A stretch of 64,000 bases of DNA from Lytechinus pictus (Eukaryota): positions 17,610,001 to 17,674,000 of the forward strand of contig NC_087251.1 of NCBI RefSeq assembly GCF_037042905.1, given 5' to 3'. Numbering within the stretch: the first letter of the stretch is position 1; every line of letters begins with the position of its first letter. The position numbers and the translations under genes are program-made. Under the pieces are notes generated by a model. That model ran no database searches. It worked only from the letters and a program-made list of their open reading frames with translations, and was not told the DNA's origin. This document shows positions 62,300-64,000 of this stretch, one piece after another.

Positions 62300-63060
62300 T
62301 ATACTCGTGATACAGTCCCCACTCTACGGGAAATCAAGTTTGATTTTCACGGCGGTGGGGACAGTTTCAACAGTATAGTATACTCGTGATGCAGTCCCCA
62401 CGCTATGGCATACACAGTTCACTTTGCACGCAGTGGGGACAGTTCAAACTGTATAGCTATACTCGTGATACAATCCCCACGCTATGGGATACACATTTCG
62501 TTTGGCACGCAGTGGGGATAACTCCAACAGTATATTATACTCGTGATACCGTCCCCTCACAACATAAAATCGTGCTCGTTCGACAAGGGGATGGGGACAG
62601 TTTCCCAGTGCAATGTGACAAGGAAGACTCATTCAAAACCTTCGGGAAATTGTCGTCATCATATTATATTATCATTTTATCATAATTATCATTATTATTT
62701 TATCATAATTATTATTATTGTTATTAAATCATAATTATCATTATTCTCTATTATCACTATTTTAATGTTATTTAATCATAATTATCATTATTATTATGCA
62801 GTCCCCGCGCTATGGGATACACAGTTCACTTTGCACGCAGTGGGGACAGTTCCAACAGTGTAGCTATACTCGTGATACCGTCCCCTCACAACATAAAATC
62901 GTACTCGTTCGACAAGGGGATGGGGACAGTTTCCCAGTGCAACGTGACAAGGAAGACTCATTCAAAACCTTCAGGAATTATTATTATTGTCATCATATTA
63001 TATTATCATTATCATCATTTTATCATAATTATCATTATTTTATTGTTAATGTTATTTAAT
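62300..63060. repeat. ~79-bp hairpin-containing tandem repeat with ~400-bp block duplication
   Basis: ATACTCGTGATACAGTCCCC...GTGGGGACAG units at ~62301, 62380, 62459, 62537 and 62867, separated into two blocks by (ATT/ATC)n tracts. Confidence 0.8.
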
Positions 63061-63634
63061 TTTTAATCATAATTATCATTATTGTTATTATTATTACTAT
63101 CATCATCATAAACATCATTTTCATGTGTTCTGGTACGGTAGGTGTAATTCTAATGTTGAGGGCTCAAACAGACGAAACGTGAATTGTAGGTCGAGAATTT
63201 AGTGATTCCTGAAACAATCTGGAACTATAAAGTCTTATCTATTGGTGACGATAAGCAAGCAGTCAATAAGCCGTTGTAAAACATTCCAACATAACAATTT
63301 ATATATTCAGATGCTAAATATGGTCATTGATCATGTTGATCAGCACAAGAAAATAAAGTTACACAGGTCTGCTCTCGAGAGGAAATCTGTTTCTCTGACT
63401 AAACAAAGTTGAAAAGAAAATGTGTTGCATCGCAACGCATCTAACAACGCGTTGCGTGTTGATGCAAAAAGGCGCACAACTCTGCAACCAGCGATGTTAC
63501 GTAACAATAGGATACGTAACAATCGCATTACCACACTAATAATCCCCATTTTTGGATTTGGGGACTATATCACGATTATGCCGTTTGGGGTTCTATTCTC
63601 AAAACTTCCAAAAGCTACAGTAGGATGGGGGATC

Positions 63635-63858
63635 GGGTGTCCGGACACTTTATATTTTTGAAGCCTTCTTTTTTGTCTTAAGATTACACTAAAAATATGA
63701 ATTCAATAGTTGTAATCATCTTCTATTTTGTTCTCTATAATATTTTCTAAAATTTTGTACTAAAATTTGATGAAACTTCGCTTGTAATTTTTTCCAAATG
63801 ACTTTCTAAAATTGATCATCCGGACACACAACCTGTCCGGACACACAACAACTGGGTA
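63635..63858 (+). mobile_element. MITE fragment related to 28761-28989
   Basis: Shared GGGTGTCCGGACAC ... CCGGACACACAAC(C/A)ACTGGGTA. Confidence 0.55.
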
Positions 63859-64000
63859 CCGGTATACAATCTCTTTCCTTGCTAAAAAATCAACCGGGTT
63901 CAGGAAAGAATCGCGTTGAGCATTCATTTGACTCTTGACTTGAAGTAGACAGGAATAACCGTCGTTTCTGGGGTTTCCTTAACAATTCTGACATTTCACC

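Noticed and set aside
62300..63060. CRISPR-like array
   Set aside because: The apparent spacers are homologous to each other, so this is a tandem repeat.

Overview
AT-rich, intron-containing animal genomic DNA, most likely sea urchin (inferred from the opsin and the repeat families). Two protein-coding genes can be spliced by eye. (1) The last four coding exons of a retinal-binding opsin on the + strand (2824-2950, 4585-4681, 8333-8555, 12880-13656; 407 aa partial, 5' exons outside the window), most like echinoderm opsin8/neuropsin (OPN5 group). (2) A complete 3-exon, 189-aa ANKRD39 CDS on the - strand (58686-58471, 57897-57691, 55262-55116). The rest is a dense, nested set of non-autonomous mobile elements, many with readable target-site duplications (TSDs). 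The most notable are: a 4.3-kb near-perfect palindrome with TAT..ATA ends and a 6-bp TSD (IS3EU-like); a 7.6-kb Academ-like element whose arms are arrays of RFX X-box palindromes around a second internal palindrome; a 9.2-kb TIR-less insertion that splits a GA minisatellite and carries a Ginger-like MITE, promoter motifs and candidate exons; a Helentron-type element with tandem DR1 nuclear-receptor sites in an ANKRD39 intron; and a nested MITE stack just after the opsin stop codon. Superfamily calls rest on terminus and TSD signatures only. No transposase ORF is present.
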